64,000 nt of DNA, from the NCBI RefSeq assembly GCF_028641065.1, contig NC_073384.1, positions 65,906,001-65,970,000 on the forward strand, read 5' to 3'. The position numbers and the translations under genes are program-made. Of the stretch, positions 1 to 11,820 are shown piece after piece. The notes under the pieces are model-generated. The model was not told the DNA's origin. It saw only the letters and a program-made list of their open reading frames with translations, and made no database searches. Source of the stretch: Leucoraja erinacea (lineage: Eukaryota). How positions within the stretch are numbered: the first letter of the stretch is position 1; every line of letters starts with the position of its first letter.

Positions 1-99
1 TCGAGGGCAGTTATCATAAGTGCTACATGTCAGTTCCAGAAACAAATTCCAATATCCACAATGGCATAGATGTGAATCAGATAGTAACCTAGCATATGG

Positions 100-235
100 A
101 GGGACCGTTCAGAAGCCTAATAGCAGAGGATGAAAACGTTGTTCTTGAGTCTAGTAGTGCACGCTTTCAAGCTTCTATATCTTCTGCCGGGAGCAGCGAT
201 GAAGAAATGAGCGAGAGGGGTCAAGTCTTTGATTA
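100..235 (-). mobile_element. Rex1/Babar-like LINE ORF C-terminal fragment
   Basis: Minus strand reads like the Rex1 C-terminus (..RYRSLKARTTRLKN..); degenerate. Confidence 0.5.
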
Positions 236-240
236 TGTGG

Positions 241-745
241 TGTGTGGGTAGGAACTGCAGATGTTGGTTTAAACTGAAGATAGACACAAAAAGCTGGAGT
301 AACTCAATGGGTCAGACAGCATCTCTGGAGAAAAGGAATCGGTGATGTTTCGGGTTGAGACCCTTCTTCAGACTAAGGGGAAAGGGAAACATTAGGTCTA
401 GATGGTGATATAGAGAGACATAGAACAAATGAATGAAAGATATCCAAAAAAGTAAAGATGATAAAGGAAATGGGCCATTGTTAGCTGTGTGCTAGGTGAA
501 AATAATGTTACAGACAATGAAACTCATCAGGGTGACAGTGAAACTAGCAGAACAACTAGGATGGGGAGGAATGGAGAGAGAATGAATGTAAGGGTTCCTT
601 GAAGTTGGACAAATCAATATTCATGCCACTGGGTAAGCTGCCCTAGCAAACATGAGGTACTGTTCCTCCAATTTGCATTTAACCTCATTCTGCCAATGGG
701 GGAGGCCCAGGACAGAATGATCTGTGTGGGAATGGGAAGGTGAAT
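241..745 (-). mobile_element. Penelope-like element (PLE) 3' part: GIY-YIG C-terminus plus pLTR with hammerhead motif at 344-371
   Basis: ORF 621..815 contains HSVLGL..CKLEEQYLMF; minus strand CTGAAGA-AGGGTCTCAACCC-GAAACATC. Confidence 0.8.
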
Positions 746-859
746 CAGTCGTAAGGTCATAAGTGATAGGAACAGAATTAGGCCATTCCGCCCATTGGCC
801 CAAAATGTTTGTCAACTGGGAGATCTCGTAGGCCCAGGCAGACTGAGCTCGTAGAAATC

Positions 860-1930
860 TCCCGAGTCTTATCAGATATATTTGATGACACTGTGGGAAT
901 TTAGAGAGAAAATTGCAGGTGCCCTGGCTGAGATTTATGTGTCACCATTAAATAAGGGTGAGGAGCTGGAAGACTGGAGGGTGGTAAGTGTTGTGGCTCT
1001 ATTTAAGAAGAGCTGCAGGGAAAAGCCTGGGAACAACAGGCTTTGAGTCTAACAACTGTGGTCGAAAAGTTACTAGAGAGTATTCTGAGGGATAGCTTAT
1101 ACAGGCATTTGGATGGGCAAGGGCTGATTAGGGATAGCCAGCATAGAAACATAGAAAATAGGTGCAGGAGTAGGCCATTCGGCCCTTCGAGCCTGCACCG
1201 CCATTCAATATGATCATGGCTGATCATCCAACTCAGTATCCTGTACCTGCCTTCTCTCCATACCCCCTGATCCCTATAGCCACAAGGGTCACATCTAACT
1301 CCCTCTTAAATATAGCCAATGATCTGGCCTCAACTACCTTCTGTGGCAGAGAGTTCCAGAGACTCACCACTCTCTGTGTGAAAATTCCAGAGATTCACCA
1401 CTCTCTGTGTGAAATGGTTTTGTACGTGGGAGGTTGTGCCTCACAAATCTGATTGAGTTTTTTGAAGACACAACCAAAAAGATCAATGAGGGCAGAGCTG
1501 TAGATGTTGTGTACATGGATTTCAATAAGGCATTCGACAAGGTTCCACATGGTAGGCTGCTCTGGAAGGTTAGATTGCCTGGGATCCAAGGAGAGATAGC
1601 TGACTGGATAAAGAATTGGCTGCATGGACGGAAGCAGAAGGGATGGTGGAAGGTTGTTTTTCGGACTGGAGGTCTGTGAGGGGGGTGAAAGATTTCATAG
1701 GACCTTGAGGGGCAACTTTTTTTACACAAAGTGTAGTGGGTGTCGGGAACGAGCTGCAAGAGGAGGTAGTTGAGGCGGGTACTATCACTGTTTTAAAAAA
1801 AAAAGGAAATTATAGGTTTGGCGGGATAGGGGCCAAACAAAAGCACATTGAAGTAGTGTAGATGGGCATGTTGGTCAGCATTGGAAAATTGGGCTGAAGG
1901 GCCTGTTTCCACGCTGTATGACTCTGACTC
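860..1930 (+). mobile_element. CR1 LINE RT fragments with 3' end, interrupted by an antisense CR1
   Basis: CLTNLIEFFE..VDVVYMDFNKAFDKVPHGRL RT motif; tail GGGCTGAAGGGCCTGTTTCCACGCTGTATGACTCT. Confidence 0.9.
1143..1413 (-). mobile_element. CR1 LINE 3' end nested in CR1
   Basis: (TTCTATGT)n tail on the minus strand; matches CR1 ends at 20604 and 56066; ~30-bp duplication 1354-1413 at its 5' junction. Confidence 0.9.
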
Positions 1931-2684
1931 CCTCCTGTACTACCGTATCAATGTACATAACTTAATTGCATTTCCTGTGCCTGTTTTTTTTTGGGGAGGG
2001 GGTTATCAAATTTAGCCCATACCATATTTTCCACTCGTTTATCGATGATGTTGTGTGGAAGTTCACTCTGTTTCCGATCCACCACATTTAAGATGATGCA
2101 CGTTCAGATTTTGCAGTGTGCCAGAAACATTAAAGATTGAAAATTCATTCTCAGCTTCTTTCAATTAGAGTCTGAGTCATTTGTATCCATATTAGAAATT
2201 AAACGATCTGTATTTCCAGAGTTGATGGCTCTTTCACTTTCCCAAGGCAGGGAGCATTTTGCTTGGCTGACGATTGCAAAACATTGGAATGACACTCATT
2301 TGCATGTGCACATTGCACAGTAGGTGGGCTGCTGGTTGAAGTTTAAAGATTCAAAATGATTTTAAAAAAGCAAGTAAATATTTAAAAAAAAAATAGTTTA
2401 TGATGTAAATTTATGAGTAAGAAATTTCATAGCAGTTTATGATGAAACATATACATTTTAATTTGAAGTGTTAGAAAACATCATCCAAGAGTGCACCAAA
2501 AAACCCCTTCTATTTGTTAAAGTGCAATTACAAATCAGTTTGACTTCAAAGGTTCTGAACCATGATAATCTTTAGTCCAATTATTATTACAGGATTTTAT
2601 TCTGTATCTGGCACAAATACACGTAACTGTATGAGTTTAACACTCCTTCGATAATTGAGAACAGTGTAACCGGTTGTTGAAAGA

Positions 2685-2889
2685 AGACAGAGTTCTGGTT
2701 CCCAACTGGAGCTGCTAGTATAACACAGCTGGTCAGTCAGTATCTGTGTCGAGAGAAATAGTTACTGTTTCTGTTCTGCGAGAATACCATTGATATAAAT
2801 TATTAGCATTGCTTCTCTCTTCACAGAATGCTGCAGAATACTGAGTATTTTCAGCACCTGTTTTTTTTAATTTCAGACTTCCAGTATCT
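2685..2889. mobile_element. Old PLE-derived fold-back remnant
   Basis: Degenerate GCTGG..ATCTGTG..GAGAGAAA / CTCTCTTCACAGAATGCTGC..CTGAGTATTTTCAGCA inverted pair. Confidence 0.5.
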
Positions 2890-3257
2890 TAGACAATAGA
2901 CAATAGACAATAAACAATAGGTGCAGGAGCAGGCCATTTGGCCCTTCGAGCCAGCACCGCCATTCAATGTGATCATGGCTGATCATCCGCAATCAGTACC
3001 CCGTTCCTGCCTTCTCCCCATATCCCCTGACTCCGCTATTTTTAAGAACCCTATCTAGCTCTCTCTTGAAAGTATCCAGAGAACCCGCCTCCACCGCCCT
3101 CTGAGGCAGAGAATTCCACGGTCTCACACTCTCAGTGAGAAAAAGTGTTTCCTCATCTCCGTTCTAAATGACTTACTCCTTATTCTTAAACTGTGGCCCC
3201 TGGTTCTGGACTCCCCCAACATCGGGAACATGTTTCCTGCCTCTAGCGTGTCCAAAC
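2890..3257 (-). mobile_element. CR1 LINE 3' fragment
   Basis: (TCTATTG)n tail; RT C-terminal region homologous to other CR1 copies in the window. Confidence 0.9.
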
Positions 3258-3269
3258 CCTTCAATCTTC

Positions 3270-3405
3270 CAAGGGGAGGGGGAGAGGAGGGGGAAAGAAG
3301 GCAGGGAGTGGGGGGTGTCTAGTGACCTAAAATTGGAGAATTCAGTGTTCGTATCGTTGGGTTGTAAACTAACCAAGCAGAATATGAGACGCTGTTCCTC
3401 TAGTC
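3270..3405 (-). mobile_element. PLE GIY-YIG endonuclease C-terminal fragment
   Basis: RLEEQRLIFCLVSLQPNDTNTEFSNFR in ORF 3173..3496. Confidence 0.8.
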
Positions 3406-3758
3406 TCTTCAGTTTTGTTTGCTTTTTAATTAAGGTTCTGATCCCGATTGACTTGGCTGGCAATGTGAAAGCCTGCATGTTCGCGTGTACATTCATACCA
3501 ACATCGCATCAACTCTAGTCTCTGTGTTTTTAGCTGTGGATTTAATTTGCACTCCAGAGACTTCAGAATGCACAAATATGAGCTCAGTCACTGGTGCTCT
3601 CCTTCCCTTGTTCGACTGAGGGTACTTCAAGGTTCTGCTCGCTCGAATGGATGCAAAGGATCCCTTCTCACCATTTTAAAGAAGAGCAATAGTTTCCAGA
3701 ATAATAACTATCGATGAATGTCACTGATGCAAAGTACGGCCATCATTACTTACATCAT

Positions 3759-4098
3759 TAAGGCGACAGATAGCACAATAAGGCGACAGATAGCACAATA
3801 AGGCGACAGATAGCACAATGGGCTAAGAGTTCGGCTGGCGACCGGAAGGTAGCCGGTTCAAATCCCGCTTGGAGTGCATACTGTCGTTGTGTCCTTGGGC
3901 AAGACACTTCACCCCACCTTTGCCTGTGTGTAATGGAATGTAATTACGGCGGCAGGCGCGGGCACACCGCGACGCCCTGTGTCTCCCTTTCAAGGGAGAT
4001 GCTAAAAATGCATTTCGTTGTCTCTGTACTGTACACTGACAATGACAATTAAATTGAATCATTTCATTTCATTTCATTTCATTTCATTTCATTTCATT
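3759..4098 (+). mobile_element. tRNA-derived SINE with triplicated 5' end and Rex1-type tail
   Basis: A box TAGCACAATGG, B box GGTTCAAATCC, GTGTCCTTGGGCAAGACACTT block; tail CATTTCGTTGTCTCTGTAC..ATGACAATTAAA then (CATTT)n. Confidence 0.85.
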
Positions 4099-4126
4099 TT
4101 TACTGCCTGTGGGATCAAACCGGTTA

Positions 4127-4217
4127 TAGACACAAAAAGCTGGAGTAACTCAGCGGGTCAGGCAGCATCTCTGGAGAGAGGGAATGGGTGACGTTTCAGG
4201 TCAAGGCCCTTCTTCAG
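4127..4217 (-). mobile_element. PLE pLTR fragment with hammerhead motif (4190-4217)
   Basis: Minus strand CTGAAGAAGGGCCTTGACCTGAAACGTC. Confidence 0.8.
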
Positions 4218-4811
4218 TTTCAAAAGTACTTCAATGTCTGTAAAGAAGCTTTGGACATCAGGAAAGTTGCAACATAAATGCTTCTCTTTCTGCGAATGGC
4301 TCATTTCATCAGGTGCTACAGAATAGTGTGGAACCTTGCTTTGATAATATTCAGTTTCCGGTTGGAGGGGAGAGAGGGGAGGAGGGATGTGGGACGGGGT
4401 GGGGTATAGGGGGTGTTGAAAGAAAAATTGCTGGAGGAAAATTGGGTAAACAAATCTTTGATTTATATTCATTTCAAAAGGACAGAGTTCTTGGGTTGAA
4501 TCCATTTAGTTGTATTGGTGGCTTCTATTCCAGATTTGCTGTGGTGTAGTAATCATGAGAAAATTACATTTTATAGCCTTGGCTATTGGCTATATAAATC
4601 TCTGCTAATTTTTTTGGTAGGCATGTAGCACTAACTCAAAATTAGCTAATCATAGATGTTGTAAAGAAATGCTTTTGTGTCAAGTGCATTCTTCAGTATT
4701 AAGGTTTGATCATGTTAATAACAGACACATGCTCCTATGGTGCATACATTATAAGGTATTATCGATACAAAATCTAGGTCAAAATGTGGTACAAGATTTT
4801 CCTCATCGGGT

Positions 4812-5610
4812 GGCACCTTAAGTGGCAGCATCACCAACAGCCTGTCTCGTCCCTTTCTTCTTTTGTTGTTTTTAGTCTGTTTATTTGTACGTTGTACTGG
4901 ATCTTTAGTTTTGTATTATGTGTGGGGTGGGGAAACATTTTTCATCTCTTTCCTCGACAGCGATGGAACTTTTTCCATATAGTATCTCCGACCCCTCTGC
5001 AGCCTTAACATTGTGGAGCTGGCGGTCCCTTTGTTAGGGATCGACTTCGGGAGCTCCAACTGCAGGAGCTTCAACCACCCCAATCACAGGAGCCTCGATT
5101 GCCCCGTTGATCACCCCAACCACGGGAGAAAAGGAGGAAGAGGGTAAAAGTTATTCGCCTTCCATCACAGGGGGGAATGTGAGTTCGCCGAAAAACAAGA
5201 TGGACGTGCTGCCTGCGCTGGTAGGGACTCGGAGGGATTGCCGTGAATGCAGTGATCTCGGTGTTTGTGGGGACATGAGAACATCCTGGAGTCTGGTGCG
5301 AGTGTGAACAGCTTTCTGACTGTTCGGGTGGACAGGGACTGCAGCGAGAGTGACAGCGGTCGGTACAACTCTGGTCACATCACGATGAAGGAGCGTGTGT
5401 GTGTGTGTGGTCGGACATTGAACTGATGGCTGTGGGTCTCTGCTTATGCAGTGTGCCCTGGCAATTCTCAAACGCCGCTGTGGTGGCTGTTTATGTTGAA
5501 TTTTTATGTAGTTTTGTATCTTGTTGCTTTTTTGGTAAAATGGCTTGTATGGTAAATCAAATTTCACTGTACCTCGGTACATATGACAATAAAGGACCAT
5601 TGAACTATTG
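4812..5610 (+). mobile_element. Internally deleted Rex1/Babar derivative
   Basis: APE-start-like GNVSSPKNKMD..RRDCREC joined to Rex1 tail TTTCACTGTACCTCGGTACATATGACAATAAA. Confidence 0.7.
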
Positions 5611-6517
5611 AGAAGCAGTATGAACACTTGAGTAATAATTTGTTTCTACATTTAAAGTTAGAATTAAGGATTTTAATAGATGAGCATAACTAATTAAAAG
5701 GAAAACTAACGTGGTTGTTGGAAAGTTACGCTGTGAAAAACTTGGCTGATAATTGATTTTATTTAATCATTTATTTTTGTCCGCATTTATATTTATGGAG
5801 GGGAAGATTATAGACCCTTGGAAAGAACATGATATACCTTTTTATTAATGAAGCTGATGTCCTGCATGTGTAAACCAAAATGTATGAATGTGGTTTGTTT
5901 AGCAATATGAAAGCTAGTGCCTATCTCGCTAGTTTACTCATACTCCCCAATCGTATTCTCTGTCGGTAACTGTTTCTTTAATTGCAAATAATTCTTAATT
6001 AACAGAAGACAGTATGAAATATTAACAAGATATTTAAAGCAAATTGTTTTCCTGAGTTGATGAACTAATTTTAATATCAGAACACGTTTCACTGAAGTTC
6101 TGAGCAGTGCATGAAAACAATGAGCTGTTATGTATTGGGAGATACAAAGCAACAGCATCTACTAAAGATGCAAATAAGAAATTGGTTAATCCTTGAAAAT
6201 GTACATGAGGATCTTGATTTGCACCCTTTAATTACAATGCTGCCTGTTCATTATCTTACTTACTATGAGCAGACAGTGCTAATTATGCTGTGCATTCACT
6301 GCTCGCATCAGTAGGAGGTTCAATATCATTACATGCTGGTACTACACAGAGTGTCACACTACATTCCTAATAGGAAAATACATTAATGGCTGCTTTAGAT
6401 GCAAACTTCTTTTGTAGTTGAGCTCTAAAATAGAGAGCTGGCCCAAACCATATGAGCACCAAGATTTTCCAACAGTGAACTGGAAGTTACAATGTAAGGT
6501 ATTCATTGCTGCCCGAT

Positions 6518-7085
6518 GGTTCTTGGTTTGTTGGTCCTCCAAAATATTCCAAATGGAATTTAAACTGGAGGTGGTGAAGGGAGGGCTTAAGCCAGAAAGG
6601 GTTATTGGGAAGAAAGAGCTACTTTAAATTTAGTTGCATCTGGTTGGGTAACTATAGTTGGGTAGAGATTATTCCATGCTTTAATTGTGCGGGGGAAGAA
6701 CGAATTGCTGTACACATCTGTCTTTGTAGCTGGGATCACAAATTGGATCGAATGCCCTCGTCTGCTCCTAATTTGTGTGGGTTTGGTGTAGGTCTTGTAG
6801 TCTATGTCGAGCTGACCATTTAACATTTTGTAAAAACAGGTCAAACGGTGAGCTTCACGTCTGTCTTGGAGAGGGTTCCACCCCAGAGAATTCAGAAGTT
6901 TGGTGACCCTCGCTTCTCTCTCATAGGTGTTAGTAACAAATCGAGCTGCATGTCTTTGGACACGTTCGATGGAAGAAATGTTTTTATTTGTGTATGGGTC
7001 CCATGCTGCAACTGCGTAGTCCAAATGAGGTCTAACGAGGGTGAAGTATAGCTTCTCCTTGACAGAAGTTGAACAATGATGAACT
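6518..7085 (-). mobile_element. 5'-truncated CR1/L2-group LINE of a distinct, invertebrate-like type
   Basis: Open ORF DYAVAAWDPY..IERVQRHAARFV..SFFPRTIKAWNNL to the stop at 6602; short AACC-rich tail. Confidence 0.8.
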
Positions 7086-7384
7086 CACCTTCTGTATAGA
7101 TTTCTTTAGATCCTAATCCTCTGCCCCCAAAAGGTACATTTACAGACATGGGATCCCATTGTTCAACCTTCAGGTATTGCACAATCTTGCTTGCAGACAA
7201 CAGAAACCAGTGGTGAAGGCTGCAGAACTAAAATGAAAACTATATTTCCAAATCAATGCAGATCCATCAAACCAATAAATATCTATAAATTAATCAGATT
7301 TTAAACAGTGCACTGGCCCTCCAATCTGCCCCAGCTACTTTTATTGTGGTATTTTGGAAAGGTCAAACAGTTGCACTTTAGTTC

Positions 7385-8455
7385 ACTTTTAGTTTAGTTT
7401 AGAGATACAGCGTGGAAACGGGCCCTTCGGCCCACCGAGTCCGCAATAACCAGCGATCCCCACACATTAACACTATCCTACACACTAGGCACAATTTACA
7501 CATACACCAAGCCAATTAACCTACCTACCTGTACGTCTTTGGAGTGTGGGAGGAAACCGAAGATCTCGGAGAAAACCCATACAGACAGTGAAACTCTGTA
7601 CAGACAGTGTAAATTGCTCGCATCTAAGCTTCCCCCCCAGTCTAGTTTCAGTAAAAACACTGAATCAAGCACTTGAAACAACTACATTTTATTTTAACTA
7701 AAGCGTGTCACAGTTCAATTACTGTACCTATCCCACCGCGGGTTCGATCCTCATGTCTGCCTGTTCAAGCCCTCTAGGCCTCGCTCAGACAGAGACACTC
7801 CAGAAGTTCACGCAGTCCCAAGCGCTCTCCCAGAAGATCGATGCTGGACCTCGTGGTAGCGGACTTTTATATGTCCCGGGACCTCGAAGGGCCGAACCAC
7901 ATGGGGGTGGTATCTTAATAACCTAATTACAGATATCGATTAACCCCATACATAACAGACATTTCCCTAACCCAATAATACAACAGTTCATACATTGTAT
8001 AAGAAAGAAAGCTCTCAAAGGAAGCTAACAAGAACAAACATTGAAACATGTGCCCTGAGATTCAAACAGTTTCTCCAAGGCTCAACAGTTCGACCAATCA
8101 CCAATTAACAGGATGACTGTCTTGCAACATTATGTATACTGTTTACAATGCTTTTGCAGCGATCTAATCAAAATGATGCATTTAAGGTTAGTTTGCAAAA
8201 CCCCTATACATGTTATCAATTTAAGAGAAAGTCGGAGAACACCTGGACCCCTTGCCATCTTGCATATCAGTCTGAGCCTAGACTGGCTGGTGCCAATCAA
8301 AGCCTGTAAAGTTTAGCTGACAAGGGTTAAGCAATTCTGACAAGCGCAGGGATCCTCCATTTTATGGTGTCTTTAATTTAGCCAATATTAACAACAGAAC
8401 CCATAGTCGGTATCGAATGCAGGTCACTGGCATTGCACCACTGCGGTCATGCTGC
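7385..8455 (-). mobile_element. V-SINE (HE1-like) split by a solo LTR
   Basis: (CTAAA)n tail and TTTCCTCCCACACTCCAAAGAC V-domain; the SINE resumes at 8394. Confidence 0.85.
7608..8393 (-). mobile_element. Solo LTR (ERV/Gypsy-like), 786 bp
   Basis: TG...CA ends with imperfect TGTWAAT inverted termini; 4-bp TSD ACAG (7604-7607, 8394-8397); minus-strand TATAAAA 7865-7871 and AATAAA 7688-7693 in U3-R-U5 order. Confidence 0.85.
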
Positions 8456-9169
8456 AAATACCCACTTCATCTGAAATACAGTGTTTGCTTTGACATACTT
8501 TCAGAATGCGAGTGTGACTTTCCATTCCCAGTCTTCTGAGTCCGTTTTGAGTTCAATACCTGCAAAGATATTGCAAAAATATGAGGATATGACATAAATG
8601 CAAAACTATGTTGGGAGGTGGGCAAGGTTATTTCTATATCCTCCATAAGCAAAGATGTTACACCCATTTTAAAAGAAGAGCAAAAAAAATCCAGAATTTT
8701 TTATTTTGATTTTTGTAACGGTAATGCGCGATTTAGTAATTCAGCCATTTTCTTCAGCTTCATGTATAATTTATCCATGATTTATCTCTCTTTAAGCATA
8801 GTCACTCAGGATCCCTTTATTGCCTCGTTTCCTTGGTCTCTCACTCCTCATTATGCCCTTTTTAAAAGTCTCTGACCCCATTAATGACCCTTCTTCTATT
8901 CTCTTTCGTGTATATTAATATTAGATAAGAAAGGCTATTGGGTGATGGAGTATTTAATGCCCAATTCATTTACCATTAGTACATGCTTAACCGATTATTA
9001 AAAGGAAATATAAAAATTCACGATAGTACAACCATTTTCTCCTCAGTCAATATTAGTTCAAATATATGATTTAGTGTTCAGACTAAATTAAGCAGCGTAC
9101 TTGAAAACCATCAAGGCTTTTTGTTTTTAAAATAGGAAATAACTTTCTACAGTAGCTGAATGTTGTTGA

Positions 9170-10450
9170 AAACAGGGTTGTTATGAAAGACTTGACTTGC
9201 ATCCACTGGGGATTGGAAAAATGTGAGGGAGATTGATTGAGACGTGTCATATACTGAGGGGTCCTAACAAGATGGATGTGTGGAAGATTTTTTTTCTACT
9301 GGAAGAATCTAGAACGAGGGTCAATTGTTTAAAAATAATGGGCTGCTCATTTAAGACAAAGAGGAAACAATTGTTTTCTTTTACAGGTCAAGTATTTATC
9401 CAATCCCTCTTTAAAGGTCACTATTAATCACAACCCAATCTGACATTGGTTTCTAATCCCACCTACGTATAAAAAACACCTCAGTAATTGACTCTTCAAT
9501 TTGTTTAAAGCCTTTATAATAAAATCGTAGCTTCCTCTGCTCTAAAGTGAACAACCTGTCCATTCTTCATTCTATGCACATAACCATAATCCTTCAATCC
9601 CTATGTAATCTTTCCAAAGCCTCCATATCCCTCTTACAGTATAGACATGTCCAGAATTGAGCTTGTACTTTGTATGGGTTCAAAATAATTTCCTAGCTTT
9701 TGTACTTTAAGAAGTCCGGTGTCCTCTTCACTGTTTTGATAATTTTCCATCTTCAAAGATCTCCGCACAACCACCCCAGGTCTTTCTCATCCCATTTAAG
9801 TTTGTTCCATTTAGCCTGCATGGTCTCTCTTCATGTTTCCTTTGAAAATGTACCGACTCGCATTTTTCCTGCATTTTATTTAATCCTCCATGAGTCCTCT
9901 CAACAACTATCCTCCATACATCCACCTGAAGCCTATTACCATGTTCTGCAATGATTGCAAGTGACTTTTGTGACATCTACAAATGTTGTATACCTCCTGG
10001 ATCAAGTCATTTATGCATCAAAAGCTGTATTGATTCTGGAAGTAAACCATGAGAATAATCATCACACAGCTCTATGCAAGAGACAGCCTGGTTGGGAAAA
10101 TACTCATTGGTGTTTAAACATGTTGGTGATATTATTGAACCATAAGATTAAAATCTTAACGGGTGCTTAACAGAGTAGATGTTGAATGTTTATTTCTCCT
10201 TGTCACAGAATCTGGTATAGTTTCAGAATTAGGTATTTCCCATTTCAGATGGAGATGAGAAGTCATTTCTCTCTGAGAAATATGAATCTTTACTATTCTC
10301 TATCTTATAGAGTTGTGGTCACAGAGTCATTGAACATATTCAAGACTGACAAGGACAGATCTTGGACCGGAGAGAAATAAGGGTAAAGGGAAATGGGGAG
10401 GAATGTCGAGTTCAGACCAAGATCATCTCACCCAAGAGGCAATCGCCTAC
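9170..10450. mobile_element. Cluster of old CR1 fragments in both orientations
   Basis: Degenerate LIETCHILRG..ESRTR and related CR1 RT C-terminal motifs. Confidence 0.65.
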
Positions 10451-10842
10451 ATCCACATCTCTTTGTTACGCATTATTATGTGGGATGTCCTGCATGTGCA
10501 TTATGAGCCAGTGGCCATCCATATACAATCTGAGAAAGGCCAACGCACAATGTCGGGAGTCAGTGTTGGAAGCCCTTGATCCAGTGCTGCAAGGAATTCA
10601 ATGAGCAGTGAAATCATTGTCAACCCCATCTCCTACAAATGTACCAATAACCTCAAGCACGAATCAATTCATGACATCATATTACTGAGTTGCCAACAAT
10701 CCCCATGGAAGGACACCTACCGTATATTCATATGGTCTTTCTTGTCCTCACACATCAGCACTAATGCAGGTATATCACTTACACACAACACACAACCCTA
10801 GCTATTCAATCATGACTATCGCAGGATTGAAACACATTGCAC

Positions 10843-10896
10843 GGGGTGGGAGATTGCAACCTTCACTTGGTCCGCCCTGTTTCGACGAATGCAATC
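10843..10896 (+). ncRNA. Minimal HDV-like self-cleaving ribozyme
   Basis: P1 GGGGUGG/CCGCCCU, P2 GAUUGCA/UGCAAUC, P3 ACC/GGU, L3 UUCACUU, mini-P4 U-UUCG-A, J4/2 CGAA. Confidence 0.85.
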
Positions 10897-10988
10897 CACC
10901 TCGTGTGCACAATCAAGTAAGATCAAATAGAACAAGTTGTCCTACAACGTTAGGCTGTGCACGCCATACGCAAGAAGAAGAAGAAGAA
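10843..10988 (+). mobile_element. 146-bp non-autonomous retroposon with ribozyme head and (AAG)n tail
   Basis: 14-bp TSD GAAACACATTGCAC at 10829-10842 and 10989-11002; ends GCCATACGC(AAG)n. Confidence 0.9.
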
Positions 10989-11219
10989 GAAACACATTGC
11001 ACAAGACTCAAAGGCACATTTCCCTGTTACATGCATAAGAAGGAACTGAAGAAGGTGAGAACCAACTCATAATCCACAGCCTCATTTCCCTCACATCCCC
11101 CATTTTGCTCATCCTATTGCCTCTTCATTGATAACTGTGAATGATGCATGTGTGGATCACATATTCTCATCTTCCCTTATCGCAGCTCAACCCTTGTGAT
11201 GTATTTCCTTTCAGATTGA

Positions 11220-11820
11220 GTTATAAAGTCAGACACCATTGAAACCAGTCCTTTAGCCCAATGCATCCATATTGACCAAGATCCACATGTCTTTCAATCA
11301 ATGTTATTGTACCAGCCCAAACTACTTAATCTGGCAGTTTGTTGCATATACCTGCCACTCACTGTGTCAAAATGTTATCCCTTAGCTTCCTTTTAAATCT
11401 TTCCCCGCTTACCTTAAACCTATACCCTCTAGTTTAGTTTAGTTTAGTTTAGTTTAGAGATATTACGTGGAAGCAGGCCTTTTGGCCCACCGAGTCCACG
11501 CTGAACAGGAATCATCTATACACTAGTACGATTCTACACATTGGTGAGAATTTACAGAAGCCAATTAACTTACAAACCTGCACGTCTTTGGAATGTGGGA
11601 GGAAACTGGAGCAGCCAGGGAAAACCCACGTGATCATAGAGAGAAGTACTCCGTACAGACAACAGCTGTAATAGGATCAAGCCCGGTTCTCTGGCGCTCT
11701 AAGGCAGCAACTCTAGCTCTGCACCATTGTTCTTGATTCACCTACCTTGTCAAAAAGTCTCTGTGCATTCACCCTATCTATTCCCCTCATTATTTTACAC
11801 ACCCTTTTTAAAATCACCTC
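11220..11820 (-). mobile_element. CR1 3' fragment containing a nested V-SINE (11431-11728, minus)
   Basis: CR1 RT C-terminal DNA resumes after the SINE; SINE has a (CTAAA)n tail and V-domain. Confidence 0.75.

Larger units (their letters stand above)
3530..4290 (+). mobile_element. Ancient DeuSINE-like relic split by two younger insertions
   Basis: GGATGCAAAGGATCCC..TTTAAAGAAGAGCA and TTCAAAAGTACTTCA..TGTAAAG..CTTTGGAC..ATAAATGC resemble the Deu-domain and its tail. Confidence 0.55.

Noticed and set aside
3759-3818. Short direct repeats resembling a CRISPR array
   Set aside because: No spacers, eukaryotic context; a tandem triplication of a SINE 5' end
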